From positions 42,389-106,388 of the forward strand of contig JBNPEH010000005.1 in the NCBI GenBank assembly GCA_051117635.1: 64,000 nt of DNA, given 5' to 3'. A program made the position numbers and the translations under genes. Positions within the stretch are counted from its first letter, which is position 1. Each line of letters opens with the position of its first letter. Of this stretch, positions 28,330 through 36,860 are shown piece after piece. The notes under the pieces are model-generated. The model was not told the origin of the DNA. It searched no databases and saw only the letters and a program-made list of their open reading frames with translations. Source of the stretch: Opitutales bacterium. GTDB lineage: Bacteria; Verrucomicrobiota; Verrucomicrobiia; Opitutales; JABSRG01.

Positions 28330-28823
28330 TGCCTTCCACCCGCCCCCGCCACGCGGTCTTCGACCCCGGCATCGATACTGGGGTTGTCATTGATCTCGAT
28401 CACATAGGCACGGTCATCGACCTGCTTGAGGTCGACCCCGTAAAGGCCGTTACGGATGAGGCCGGCCGCTTTCCGGGCCGTTTCCAGGACCGGGTCCGGC
28501 ACCGCTTCAAGCAGAACACAATCGGCATTCCCTTCGGTCTGACCCTTGCGGGCCGAGTGGTTGTAGATCTGCCAATGCCCCCGGACCATGTAGTACCGGC
28601 AGGCATACAATGGTTGTCCGTCGATCAGGCCGATCCGCCAGTCGTAGTCGGTCGGCATGAAAGCCCGGGCGATGATCAGGTCGCTTTGCTCCAGGCTTAC
28701 CCCGGCCCGCGCCGCCGCACGCTGAAACTGCTTGAGCCCGTTTTCATTGGACGGCGGAAGCTTTTCGGCAGGATTGACCAACGTCGAGGTCTGGCACGGC
28801 GCGCTAGCGACGTTGTCCAGCAC
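28257..28823 (-). pseudogene. Remnant of a RimK-like ATP-grasp ligase gene (N-terminus missing, apparent internal deletion)
   Basis: The pre-ATP-grasp-like PPSNENGLKQFQRAAARAG joins almost directly to the C-terminal PTDYDWRIGLIDGQPLYACRYYM...GLYGVDLKQ...VIEINDNPSIDAGVED. The central ATP-grasp core is absent, and the 3' end overlaps the kinase gene by 73 bp. Confidence 0.5.
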
Positions 28824-28919
28824 CGACTGGTTCGAGTTTTCTTTTTACCACGAAGGACACGAAGGCCTGGCTGGGCTCAAAGGACATATCTCTTCATTCC
28901 GTCTTTCAGTTTGGTGACA

Positions 28920-29123
28920 TCACGCATGAGCGATTCCGTTCAATTTCAATTCTCTGCTCAGGCAACGCTGATAGGCTGATTCCAGCAACCCTGGATCAGG
29001 AAAACGATGTACCTCGATCGCACATCCGATCACCTGACGGGAAAGCGCATCGAATTGCTTCGCCATCTCCGGCAGACCTCCGTCTCTTCCTTCGTGCTCT
29101 TCGCGTTCTTCGTGGTGATTCAT
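28920..29123 (-). pseudogene. Truncated GxxExxY-family (PD-(D/E)XK-like) gene
   Basis: MNHHEEREEHEG...VIGCAIEVHRFPDPGLLESAYQRCLSRELKLNGIA then stop. About half the usual length, and the C-terminal GxxExxY half is missing. Confidence 0.55.
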
Positions 29124-29441
29124 TCTTTTCTCTCGATCAGGGCGAAGTCGTAGCGGGTAGTCTTGGCGGTCGGGCGGCTGGGGGGCGCCGCGGGCGAACC
29201 ATTCGCCCGCCGCCTGCAGGACAAAGGGGCGGTGCTCGTCCGGGATGCCCTCCGCGGTGACGGCCGCTTCAGCACCGCGGAGCGGAAATCCTGAGGGGTG
29301 GCCACATCGGGCACCGGTCGATGCCCCCGCGCCTCAGCCAACAGCGATACGTAGTAGCCGACCGTCTGATACCGATGTCGGAGGGCGCCGCCTGAAAGCG
29401 GCCCGATTGACTCCCATGAGTCCTGGTCGCAGGTTGAGTTT

Positions 29442-30983
29442 GTGTCCGATCTCAGCGTTAAAGTCCGTCACCTGACCGTTTCCGATTTTCCCGACCTTCG
29501 TGAGGCGATGGAGCTTTCCTATGCCGGCATCGATACCGAGCTGTGGAACCGCAAGGAATTGAGCCGTCTGTTGAAAAAGTTTCCGGAGGGCCAGGTCGCC
29601 ATCGAGGTGAACGGCAAGGCCGTCGGCTGCGCCCTTGCCATCATTGTCGACTACAGCCGGTTCGGGGATACGCATACCTACGACCAGATCACGGCAAACG
29701 ATACCTTCACCACCCACGACCCGGACGGCGATGTGCTCTACGGAATCGAGGTATTTGTGCATCCGGAATACCGCGGCATGCGCCTCGCCCGGCGGTTGTA
29801 CGAGGCCCGCAAGGAGCTGTGCGACGCCCTCAACCTGCGTGGCATTATTCTGGGGGGCCGGATTCCCGGCTATCGGAATCACAGGGAGGAGCTCAGCCCG
29901 CGCGAGTATATTCAGAAGGTGGAGATGCGGGAGCTGTACGACCCCATCCTCACCTTCCAGCTCGCCAATGGATTTCACGTGCGGAAGGTGCTCAAGGCCT
30001 ATCTCGAAGGGGATTCCCATTCAGGTGAATATGCCACGCTGCTGGAATGGAATAACATCTACTACGAGGAAAAGCCGCAGCTGTTGAACGCCCCCAAGTC
30101 GGAGATCCGTCTCGGTCTCGTCCAATGGGGGATGCGGCCCAGCGACAAGCTGGAAACGGTCCTGGACCAGGCGGAGTACTTCATCGACACGGTCTCGGAC
30201 TACCAGTCGGATTTCATTCTGTTTCCTGAATTTTTCAGCGCACCGCTGATGGTCGGCTTCAACCACCTGAGCGAGCCGGAGGCCATGCGGAAACTGGCGG
30301 AATTCACCCGGCCGATTCTTGAGCAGATGCAGAATTGGGCGGTGGCCTACAATATCAACATCATCGCAGGCAGCCTGCCGGTGGTCGACGGGGACCATCT
30401 CTACAATGAAGCCACGCTCCTGCGCCGGGACGGCTCGTCCGACAGCATCCGCAAGATCCACATCACGCCCAGCGAGCAGGAGGCCCAGGGGGTCATGGGT
30501 GGCGAGCGAATCCGTACGCTACAGACCGACTGCGGCCCGATCGGTATCCTGATTTGCTACGATTGCGAGTTTCCCGAACTCAGCCGACTCCTGCGCGACG
30601 AGGGGATGCGCATCCTGTTCGTGCCTTACATGACCGACATGCAGACAGGATACAACCGGGTACGGATTTGCTCCCAGGCCCGGGCGATCGAAAACGAGGT
30701 GTATGTCGCCATTGCCGGCTCGGTCGGTAACCTGCCGCGGGTCAATAACATGGATATCCAGTTTTCGCAGTCGGCGGTGTTCAGCCCGAGTGATTTTTCC
30801 TTCCCCAGCAACGGTGTCGTGGCGGAGGCCACACCCAACACCGAAATGGTACTGATGGCCGACGTGAACCTCGATTTACTCCGTGAGCTTCACGAGAGCG
30901 GAGCCGTCCGGAATATCAAGGATCGACGGATGGACCTGTACCGCCTCGCCTGGCGGGAAACGTCAGACGGCAAATCGGCCTGA
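29442..30983 (+). CDS. Bifunctional GNAT N-acetyltransferase / carbon-nitrogen hydrolase (nitrilase superfamily) fusion
   Basis: N-terminal GNAT (IEVFVHPEYRGMRLARRLY). C-terminal CN-hydrolase Glu-Lys-Cys triad context (LFPEFF, IRKIHITP, ICYDCEFPE). GTG start. Confidence 0.85.
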   Translation: MSDLSVKVRHLTVSDFPDLREAMELSYAGIDTELWNRKELSRLLKKFPEGQVAIEVNGKAVGCALAIIVDYSRFGDTHTYDQITANDTFTTHDPDGDVLYGIEVFVHPEYRGMRLARRLYEARKELCDALNLRGIILGGRIPGYRNHREELSPREYIQKVEMRELYDPILTFQLANGFHVRKVLKAYLEGDSHSGEYATLLEWNNIYYEEKPQLLNAPKSEIRLGLVQWGMRPSDKLETVLDQAEYFIDTVSDYQSDFILFPEFFSAPLMVGFNHLSEPEAMRKLAEFTRPILEQMQNWAVAYNINIIAGSLPVVDGDHLYNEATLLRRDGSSDSIRKIHITPSEQEAQGVMGGERIRTLQTDCGPIGILICYDCEFPELSRLLRDEGMRILFVPYMTDMQTGYNRVRICSQARAIENEVYVAIAGSVGNLPRVNNMDIQFSQSAVFSPSDFSFPSNGVVAEATPNTEMVLMADVNLDLLRELHESGAVRNIKDRRMDLYRLAWRETSDGKSA

Positions 30984-30994
30984 GCCGACTGTTG

Positions 30995-31375
30995 TCAGGC
31001 TTGCGCCTTCTTGCCGGCCTGATCGACCAAATCGCGCAATGTCTTCAGCCTTAACGGCTTGGACAAGTAGTCATTCATCCCGGCATCAATACACATTTGC
31101 CGGTCTCCCTGCAGGGCATAAGCGGTCAGCGCGACCAGGAAGACCTCCTTGTTAGCCTCGCCCGCCTCACCGGCACGGACTTTCTGGGCGACTTCGAGTC
31201 CGTTGAGGCGGGGCATTTGGACGTCGAGAAGAACGAGATCGTAGGCCTTCTCTTTCATTTTGTCGATACAGGCCTGACCATCATTGGCCAGGTCTACGGA
31301 GCAGCCGATAGCGGCTAACTGTGCTTGCAGGGATGCCTGGTTGGAAGGCTTGTCTTCAGCATACAGAATGTTCAT
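30995..31375 (-). CDS. Single-domain response regulator (CheY-like receiver)
   Basis: DLVLLDVQMPRLNG, ALTAYA, YLSKP. ATGA overlap with the upstream kinase. Confidence 0.9.
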   Translation of the reverse strand: MNILYAEDKPSNQASLQAQLAAIGCSVDLANDGQACIDKMKEKAYDLVLLDVQMPRLNGLEVAQKVRAGEAGEANKEVFLVALTAYALQGDRQMCIDAGMNDYLSKPLRLKTLRDLVDQAGKKAQA

Positions 31376-32970
31376 GGCAACGACGAGTCGGGCGCCTCTC
31401 CGGAGGACGCCAGAGGAAGGGTAAAGCGAAGTTGGGTACCTTCGCCGATTTGACTTTGACAGTGGATTGAGCCACCCAGCCTTTCGATAATTTGCTGGCA
31501 GATAGTAAGACCCATTCCAATGCCTGAATAGCGCCTGGAAAGCGAATCGTCAACCTGTGTAAACGGTCTGAAAATTGCCTGCAGCTTGTCCTGAGGAATA
31601 CCGATTCCGGTGTCGACCACCTCCCCGACCAGGGAGGGCACGCCCCCATCCTCCTCCACACTGAAATGGACGCTAATCCAACCGGATGGGGTAAATTTGT
31701 AGGCGTTACTCAGGAGGTTGGACAGAATCTGACGAAACCGGTTGGGCTCGGTCCGGATTGTTTCCGGACACTCATCGGCGAAGACGACCGAACACTTGAG
31801 GCCTTTCTGGGCGATCTGCCCCCGATAAATGCCCACGACCTCATCGACGGTTTCTTTCAGGGGTAAGGACCGATAGGCAAACGGGGCCGTCTCACTGCCA
31901 AGGCGTGTGTACTCCAGGATGGAGTCGACCAGCTTCAACAGGTCCTCCCCACCCTCCTGGATGATTTGAACATATTCGGCCTGTTCCTCCGACAGGTCGC
32001 CCAGGCCCAGCAGTTCGGCGAAACCGATCACGGCATTCAGCGGCGTCCGCAGTTCGTGGCTCATCACCGCCAGGAAATTGGTCTTCACGCGGTTGGCCAC
32101 TTCGGCGTTCATCGCCATTTCCTGAGCCTCCTCCATCTTGCGGTTGAGCGCCTCGTTCAGGCGGGTGGTTTCCGCAATGAGCGCCTGCTGGTGCCGCTGG
32201 GCGTCCGTCTCAGCCGTGATATCCAATAGAATCGTTCCGATGCCGAGGGTCTGATCCCTGTCGACGCCCACCGGAAAACGCGTGACGCGCACCCGGCGTT
32301 CCCGGCCATCGGGAACATGCATGGCGAGGTCTTCGCGGACCAGACCATCGCCGGCCCGAATGCGTTGGGCCGTTGCTTCAAAACCGGGCTTCAATCCCAC
32401 CGGGAGCATCTCCCCGATGGGCTGTCCCCTCAGGCGATGAGGGGCGCTGTCCGGACACACCAGCCGGCAGAAAGCATCATTGGCCAGGACGATGTGGCCG
32501 GAGCTGTCCTCCATCACCAGACCGATCGAGGCATGTTGAAGAAAAGCGGTTAACAGCCGGGTCTCCTGTTGCAGGTCCTGGTTGAGGTTCCGAATGGCCG
32601 TAATGTCGCGAAGAGAAACCAAAACAAGGCGCTGAACAGGCTCGTAAGCCAGGTTCCATACGGACCAGCGCTCGCTATCCGGTTTCTGTCGCAGCCGCAG
32701 CACCTGGTTCTGCCGGGACCGGCCGCGCAGCACGCCCGCCCACATCTCTTCGAAGCCCTCGCGGTCCGCGTCCACCACCCAGTCCAGCACGGCCCCGGGC
32801 CGGCTGAAGTCCGGATCCGGAGCCTGGTTGAGCAACCGCGCGAGTGGACGATTGGCCTTCACCAGCGATCCATCCTCCGCAAAGAAACCCATGGGGTCGC
32901 TCGTCAGGTCGAAAAAGGCTCCCTCCAGGTCGGCGGTGGGAGGTGGATTTGGGGGGCCGGATGGGTTCAA
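31372..32970 (-). CDS. Cytoplasmic multi-PAS sensor histidine kinase
   Basis: PAS-like repeats. H-box FLAVMSHELRTPLNAVIGF. HATPase NLLSNAYKFT, DTGIGIP, GIGMGLTI. TTG start in the ORF track. Confidence 0.9.
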   Translation of the reverse strand: MNPSGPPNPPPTADLEGAFFDLTSDPMGFFAEDGSLVKANRPLARLLNQAPDPDFSRPGAVLDWVVDADREGFEEMWAGVLRGRSRQNQVLRLRQKPDSERWSVWNLAYEPVQRLVLVSLRDITAIRNLNQDLQQETRLLTAFLQHASIGLVMEDSSGHIVLANDAFCRLVCPDSAPHRLRGQPIGEMLPVGLKPGFEATAQRIRAGDGLVREDLAMHVPDGRERRVRVTRFPVGVDRDQTLGIGTILLDITAETDAQRHQQALIAETTRLNEALNRKMEEAQEMAMNAEVANRVKTNFLAVMSHELRTPLNAVIGFAELLGLGDLSEEQAEYVQIIQEGGEDLLKLVDSILEYTRLGSETAPFAYRSLPLKETVDEVVGIYRGQIAQKGLKCSVVFADECPETIRTEPNRFRQILSNLLSNAYKFTPSGWISVHFSVEEDGGVPSLVGEVVDTGIGIPQDKLQAIFRPFTQVDDSLSRRYSGIGMGLTICQQIIERLGGSIHCQSQIGEGTQLRFTLPLASSGEAPDSSLP

Positions 32971-33021
32971 GCAGCGTTTCCTCCGGAAATGACAGGGGCC
33001 AGCGCAGACGTGGAGCCGTCC

Positions 33022-33330
33022 TCAGGTAAGCAGCGTTTGGTCCAGTTGCAGGAGAGTCAAGATTCGCACCAGCATGTCGGGTGGCTCGACCAGACGAAGC
33101 TGTACGTTGCCCGCCGCCAGCCGCCGGTGCAAGGCCAGCAGAACGCCGACGCCGGAGCTGTCGACCAGTTTCACGTGCTCCAGCCTAACCGAACAGACCT
33201 GTACGCCAACCAGATCGAGCCGGTCGATCTCCTTGCGCAGCATGCCGGCGACCGTGCTGTCCAGGGACGGCCCGGCAACCGTGAGCGACAGCGACACGCC
33301 TGATCTGGACGGCTGCAGCAACAAGAGCAC
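33022..33330 (-). CDS. STAS-domain protein (anti-sigma-factor-antagonist-like)
   Basis: LEHVKLVDSSGVGVLLAL...LRLVEPPDMLVRILTLLQLD pattern, 102 aa, GTG start. Lies directly upstream of the PAS kinase. Confidence 0.7.
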   Translation of the reverse strand: MLLLLQPSRSGVSLSLTVAGPSLDSTVAGMLRKEIDRLDLVGVQVCSVRLEHVKLVDSSGVGVLLALHRRLAAGNVQLRLVEPPDMLVRILTLLQLDQTLLT

Positions 33331-33364
33331 TAAACGATGATCGACCGGTATCCGAAGTGCTTAA

Positions 33365-33394
33365 CCTGAACTTCTCACCGGAATCGGGAAAGAG
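33365..33394 (+). repeat. Solo left-end copy of the repeat family in a divergent promoter region
   Basis: cctgaacttctcaccggaatcgggaaagag, flanked by cttaac/gttaag. Confidence 0.5.
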
Positions 33395-33470
33395 CGAGTT
33401 AAGAAGAAAGCGGCGGCAAATCCCCCCTTGCAGTTCGCCCCGCCCTGGCCTTCCCTTTGATTTCTTCCGT

Positions 33471-33989
33471 ATGGCCCGACATGCTCCCGCCCTCCGCCGC
33501 AGCCACACGTCCCGCGATGCCGCCCGGCAACCCGAGATCATCGGCTGGAAGGAGGTCATCAGCCTGCCTGACTGGGGAATCGACGGCCTGATTGCGAAGT
33601 CGGATACCGGAGCCCGCGGCTCCGCCATCGATGTGCGCAACCTGACTGTGCTTTCCGGCGACCGCGTCCGGTTTCATGTGGTGCTGAACCGGCGCGACCG
33701 GGAGAACACCCGGGAAGTGGTCGCACCGATCGCCTCCCGCGTCCGCATCCGTTCCAGCAACGGTCAGATGCAGGAGCGGTATCGGGTCCGGACCCTTTTG
33801 CGCATCGGGCATGTGGAGAAAGAGATCGAGCTGAGTCTCGTCAGCCGGCGCAACATGATCTGCCGTGTCCTCCTGGGACGAAGGGAGTTGTCGGGGGATT
33901 TCCTCGTCGATCCTGAGGCCAAATACCGGTTCGGCCCGCGCAAGCGCCGCCATCCGGCCACCCGCAACCGTACACCCGCAACCGCCTGA
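33471..33989 (+). CDS. Retropepsin-like 'ATP-dependent zinc protease' family protein (RimB-like)
   Basis: IGWKEVISLPDWGIDGLIAKSDTGARGSAIDV...ICRVLLGRR motifs. Lies 5 bp upstream of rimK. Confidence 0.8.
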   Translation: MARHAPALRRSHTSRDAARQPEIIGWKEVISLPDWGIDGLIAKSDTGARGSAIDVRNLTVLSGDRVRFHVVLNRRDRENTREVVAPIASRVRIRSSNGQMQERYRVRTLLRIGHVEKEIELSLVSRRNMICRVLLGRRELSGDFLVDPEAKYRFGPRKRRHPATRNRTPATA

Positions 33990-33994
33990 ATCCC

Positions 33995-35236
33995 ATGCCT
34001 GAGAAACCGTTCCGCATCGCCGTACTCTCCCGAAGCCCGAAAATCTACAGCACCCGACGCATCCTCGAGGCCGCCAGGGCGCGGGGCCACACCGCCAAGG
34101 TTCTGGATACGCTGAAATTCGGCCTCTACGTGGAGTCCAAGTCGCCGGACATGACCTACCGCGGTAAACCGGTGGCGGAGTTTGATGCCGTCATCCCGCG
34201 GATCGGCTCCTCCATCAGTTTTTTCGGAACGGCGGTTGTCCGCCAGTTCGAGCAGATGGGCCTGTTCACGCTCAACCAGTCCAATGGCATCGCCGTTGCG
34301 CGCGACAAGCTCCGGTCCATGCAGGTCCTCAGCCGGCATGACATCGGTATCGCACAATCCGCCTTCGTCCGCGAAAAAGGCGACATCCTCCAGGCGATCG
34401 AACATGTCGGCGGCGGTCCGGTCATCATCAAGCTGCTGGAAGGCACCCAGGGGGTGGGCGTGATCCTGGCCGAGACGGCCAAGATGGCCGAAACAGTCAT
34501 TGAAACACTACAGAGCACGCAGCAGAATGTCCTGCTGCAGAAGTTCGTTTCCGAGAGCAAGGGCAAGGACATCCGGGCCTTTGTCATCGGGGACCGGGTG
34601 GTTGGCGCCATGCGCCGGCGGGCCCAGGGCAACGAATTCCGCAGCAATGTGCACCGCGGCGGATCCGTTGAAACGGTGGAGCTGGACCCGGAATACGAAC
34701 GCACCGCCGTCCGGGCCGCCAAGATCATCGGGTTGCGTGTCGCCGGGGTGGACATGCTGGAGGGCCGGGAAGGACCGGTCATCATGGAGGTCAACGCCTC
34801 TCCCGGCCTGGAAGGCATCGAGGCCGCCACCGGCCGCGATATCGCCGGGGAGATTGTCGATTATCTCATCGAGCACACGCGCTACGGGGATCTCGACCTG
34901 CGCCAGCGCCTGGCCTTCGCCCGCGGTTATGTGGTGGCCGATTTCGGCATCCGGGCCAACTCCCCGCTGATCGGAAAATCCCTGGCCGAGTGCGGCCTCC
35001 GGGAACGCGACATCATCGTGATGGACATCAACCGGAACGGGCAGCATATCCCCGCCCCGAAGGGCGATGACACCATCCTGGAGGGCGACGTCCTGCTTTG
35101 CTACGGACCGCGCCTCGCCCTGCGCGAAGTCCTGCCTGCTCTGGTCCGGCCCCAACGCCGGCGGGCCGCCCCCAAGGCCAAGAAGAAGGCGGCCGCGCCC
35201 CGCAAAAAAAAGCCGGATGAAGGAGACCGCGCATGA
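33995..35236 (+). CDS. rimK: RimK-family alpha-L-glutamate ligase fused to a C-terminal RCK_C (TrkA-C) domain and a Lys-rich tail
   Basis: ATP-grasp IIKLLEGTQGVGV, QKFVSESKGKDIRAFVIG, FRSNVHRGG, GVDMLEGREGPVIMEVNASPGLEGIE. Then ...SPLIGKSLAECGLRERDIIVMDINRNGQHIPAPKGDDTILEGDVLLCYGP (RCK_C pattern). Then PKAKKKAAAPRKKKP. Confidence 0.9.
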   Translation: MPEKPFRIAVLSRSPKIYSTRRILEAARARGHTAKVLDTLKFGLYVESKSPDMTYRGKPVAEFDAVIPRIGSSISFFGTAVVRQFEQMGLFTLNQSNGIAVARDKLRSMQVLSRHDIGIAQSAFVREKGDILQAIEHVGGGPVIIKLLEGTQGVGVILAETAKMAETVIETLQSTQQNVLLQKFVSESKGKDIRAFVIGDRVVGAMRRRAQGNEFRSNVHRGGSVETVELDPEYERTAVRAAKIIGLRVAGVDMLEGREGPVIMEVNASPGLEGIEAATGRDIAGEIVDYLIEHTRYGDLDLRQRLAFARGYVVADFGIRANSPLIGKSLAECGLRERDIIVMDINRNGQHIPAPKGDDTILEGDVLLCYGPRLALREVLPALVRPQRRRAAPKAKKKAAAPRKKKPDEGDRA

Positions 35237-36309
35237 CGGCGGCCCGCGGCATCTTTACCTTTGCGGGGCATCGCATTCCCCGAGGGCAAAGCCGAAACTG
35301 CCGTATCAAGATTTCCGAGACCTATACGGGCGCCCCGATCGAAATCCCCGTTCGGGTCATCACCGGTCGCGATCCCGGCCCGACCTTGTTCGTCACCGCG
35401 GCAGTCCACGGTGACGAGGTCAACGGTGTCGGCATCGTGCACGACCTGATGTTCGCCCGGCCGCCGCGACTCCGGAACGGCGCGCTCATCATGGTACCGG
35501 TGGTCAACTGCTTCGGATTCGAAAGCCATGAACGGTATCTGCCCGACCGGCGCGACCTGAACCGCAGTTTCCCCGGCAATGTGGACGGCAGCCTGGCCAG
35601 TCGCCTGGCCGCCACCGTGATGTCCGAAGTGGTGGCCCGGAGCGACTACGGCATCGACCTGCACTCGGCTGCCACCCAGCGCACCAATTTCCCTAATGTC
35701 CGAGCGGACCTCGACCTGGGCGGCACACGCCGGCTGGCCCGCGCTTTCGGGGCGGCCCTCATCGTGGATGGCAAGGGCCCCACCGGATCGCTGCGCCGGG
35801 AAGCCTGCAAGGCCGGTTGCCCGACGATCATCCTGGAGGCGGGCGAACCGGGAAAAATCGAACCCTCGGTCCTGGAGATCGGGGTGAGGGGCGTGCGCAA
35901 CGTCCTGATCGACCTCGGCATGATTGACGGCACACGGACGACACCGCCCTTCCAGACCTATATCCGGAAAACACTCTGGGTACGGTCCCCCGGCGCCGGC
36001 TTGCTGAAATTCCATATCGGCCCCGGGGACTTCCTGGAGGCCGGCGAGGCGATCGCCACGCTGTCTCCCATCCTCGGCTCGGACACGCAGACGCTCCATG
36101 CGCCGGACAACGCCATCGTCCTGAGTGTCGCCACCCTGCCGGCGGTGAAACCCGGGGAACCGGTCTGCCTGCTGGCCTTCCCCACCCGGCGCTTCAGTTC
36201 GCTCAAGCGCCAGGCGGAATCGTCCAGTCGCGGCATGCACAACCGCGCGCGCACCCACCTGGCCACCAACATTCACGTGGTCCAGCCGGTGGAATCCGAC
36301 GAGGACTGA
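35233..36309 (+). CDS. Succinylglutamate desuccinylase/aspartoacylase (AstE/AspA) family zinc hydrolase
   Basis: AAVHGDEVNG, DLNRSFPG, GIDLHSA motifs. ATGA overlap with the rimK stop. Confidence 0.85.
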   Translation: MTAARGIFTFAGHRIPRGQSRNCRIKISETYTGAPIEIPVRVITGRDPGPTLFVTAAVHGDEVNGVGIVHDLMFARPPRLRNGALIMVPVVNCFGFESHERYLPDRRDLNRSFPGNVDGSLASRLAATVMSEVVARSDYGIDLHSAATQRTNFPNVRADLDLGGTRRLARAFGAALIVDGKGPTGSLRREACKAGCPTIILEAGEPGKIEPSVLEIGVRGVRNVLIDLGMIDGTRTTPPFQTYIRKTLWVRSPGAGLLKFHIGPGDFLEAGEAIATLSPILGSDTQTLHAPDNAIVLSVATLPAVKPGEPVCLLAFPTRRFSSLKRQAESSSRGMHNRARTHLATNIHVVQPVESDED

Positions 36310-36463
36310 TTCCCCTGTTTGGAAAAAATTCCGGTCGCCAGGCAAAGCACAACCAGGCCTTGGTTCTTCGACGAAAATCGTGAGTGGCAGCAAGGACCCT
36401 GACTGAGGATTAGGCCCTAATTTCACGTTGCCACCGTACCCGCTTTGGGGACAGGGTATTAAT

Positions 36464-36799
36464 ATGCAGATTGAGCTGGATAAGCACGGGAAGGCCGATC
36501 TCATACGAATGACCGGTCGCCTCGACTCCGCCTGCTCCCGCGAGGCGGAGGAGCGCGTGTTCGCTTTGCTGGGGGAATCGCCGCAAAACGACCTGCTGGT
36601 GGATTGCACGAATCTGGAATACATCAGCAGCGCCGGCCTGCGGGTCCTGCTCAAAGCCGGCAAACACTTGCACGGCACCGGCTGCGGCCTGACTCTTATC
36701 GGCCTGCGCGGGCCGGTAGCCCGGGTGTTCGAGATGTCCGGCTTCGACAAGTTGTTTCCGATGCTGGACGCCTTGCCGGGGCAGGAAGCGCCACGCTGA
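36464..36799 (+). CDS. STAS-domain anti-sigma-factor antagonist (SpoIIAA/RsbV-like)
   Basis: MTGRLDS...DCTNLEYISSAGLRVLL...LIGLRGPVARVFEMSGFDKLF. ATG at 36464. Confidence 0.85.
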   Translation: MQIELDKHGKADLIRMTGRLDSACSREAEERVFALLGESPQNDLLVDCTNLEYISSAGLRVLLKAGKHLHGTGCGLTLIGLRGPVARVFEMSGFDKLFPMLDALPGQEAPR

Positions 36800-36860
36800 C
36801 AGCAGCACGTGTTTCCGACCCGGCCGTGCCCCCCTGCGTAGGGCATGACGCCCTCGAGCC

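Noticed and set aside
29124-29441. ORF 29120..29341 (73 aa) and other frames in the gap before the GNAT/CN-hydrolase gene
   Set aside because: The products are Pro/Arg/Ala-rich or interrupted, with no motif I can name. I treat the region as eroded or non-coding sequence within the decay patch rather than as a gene.
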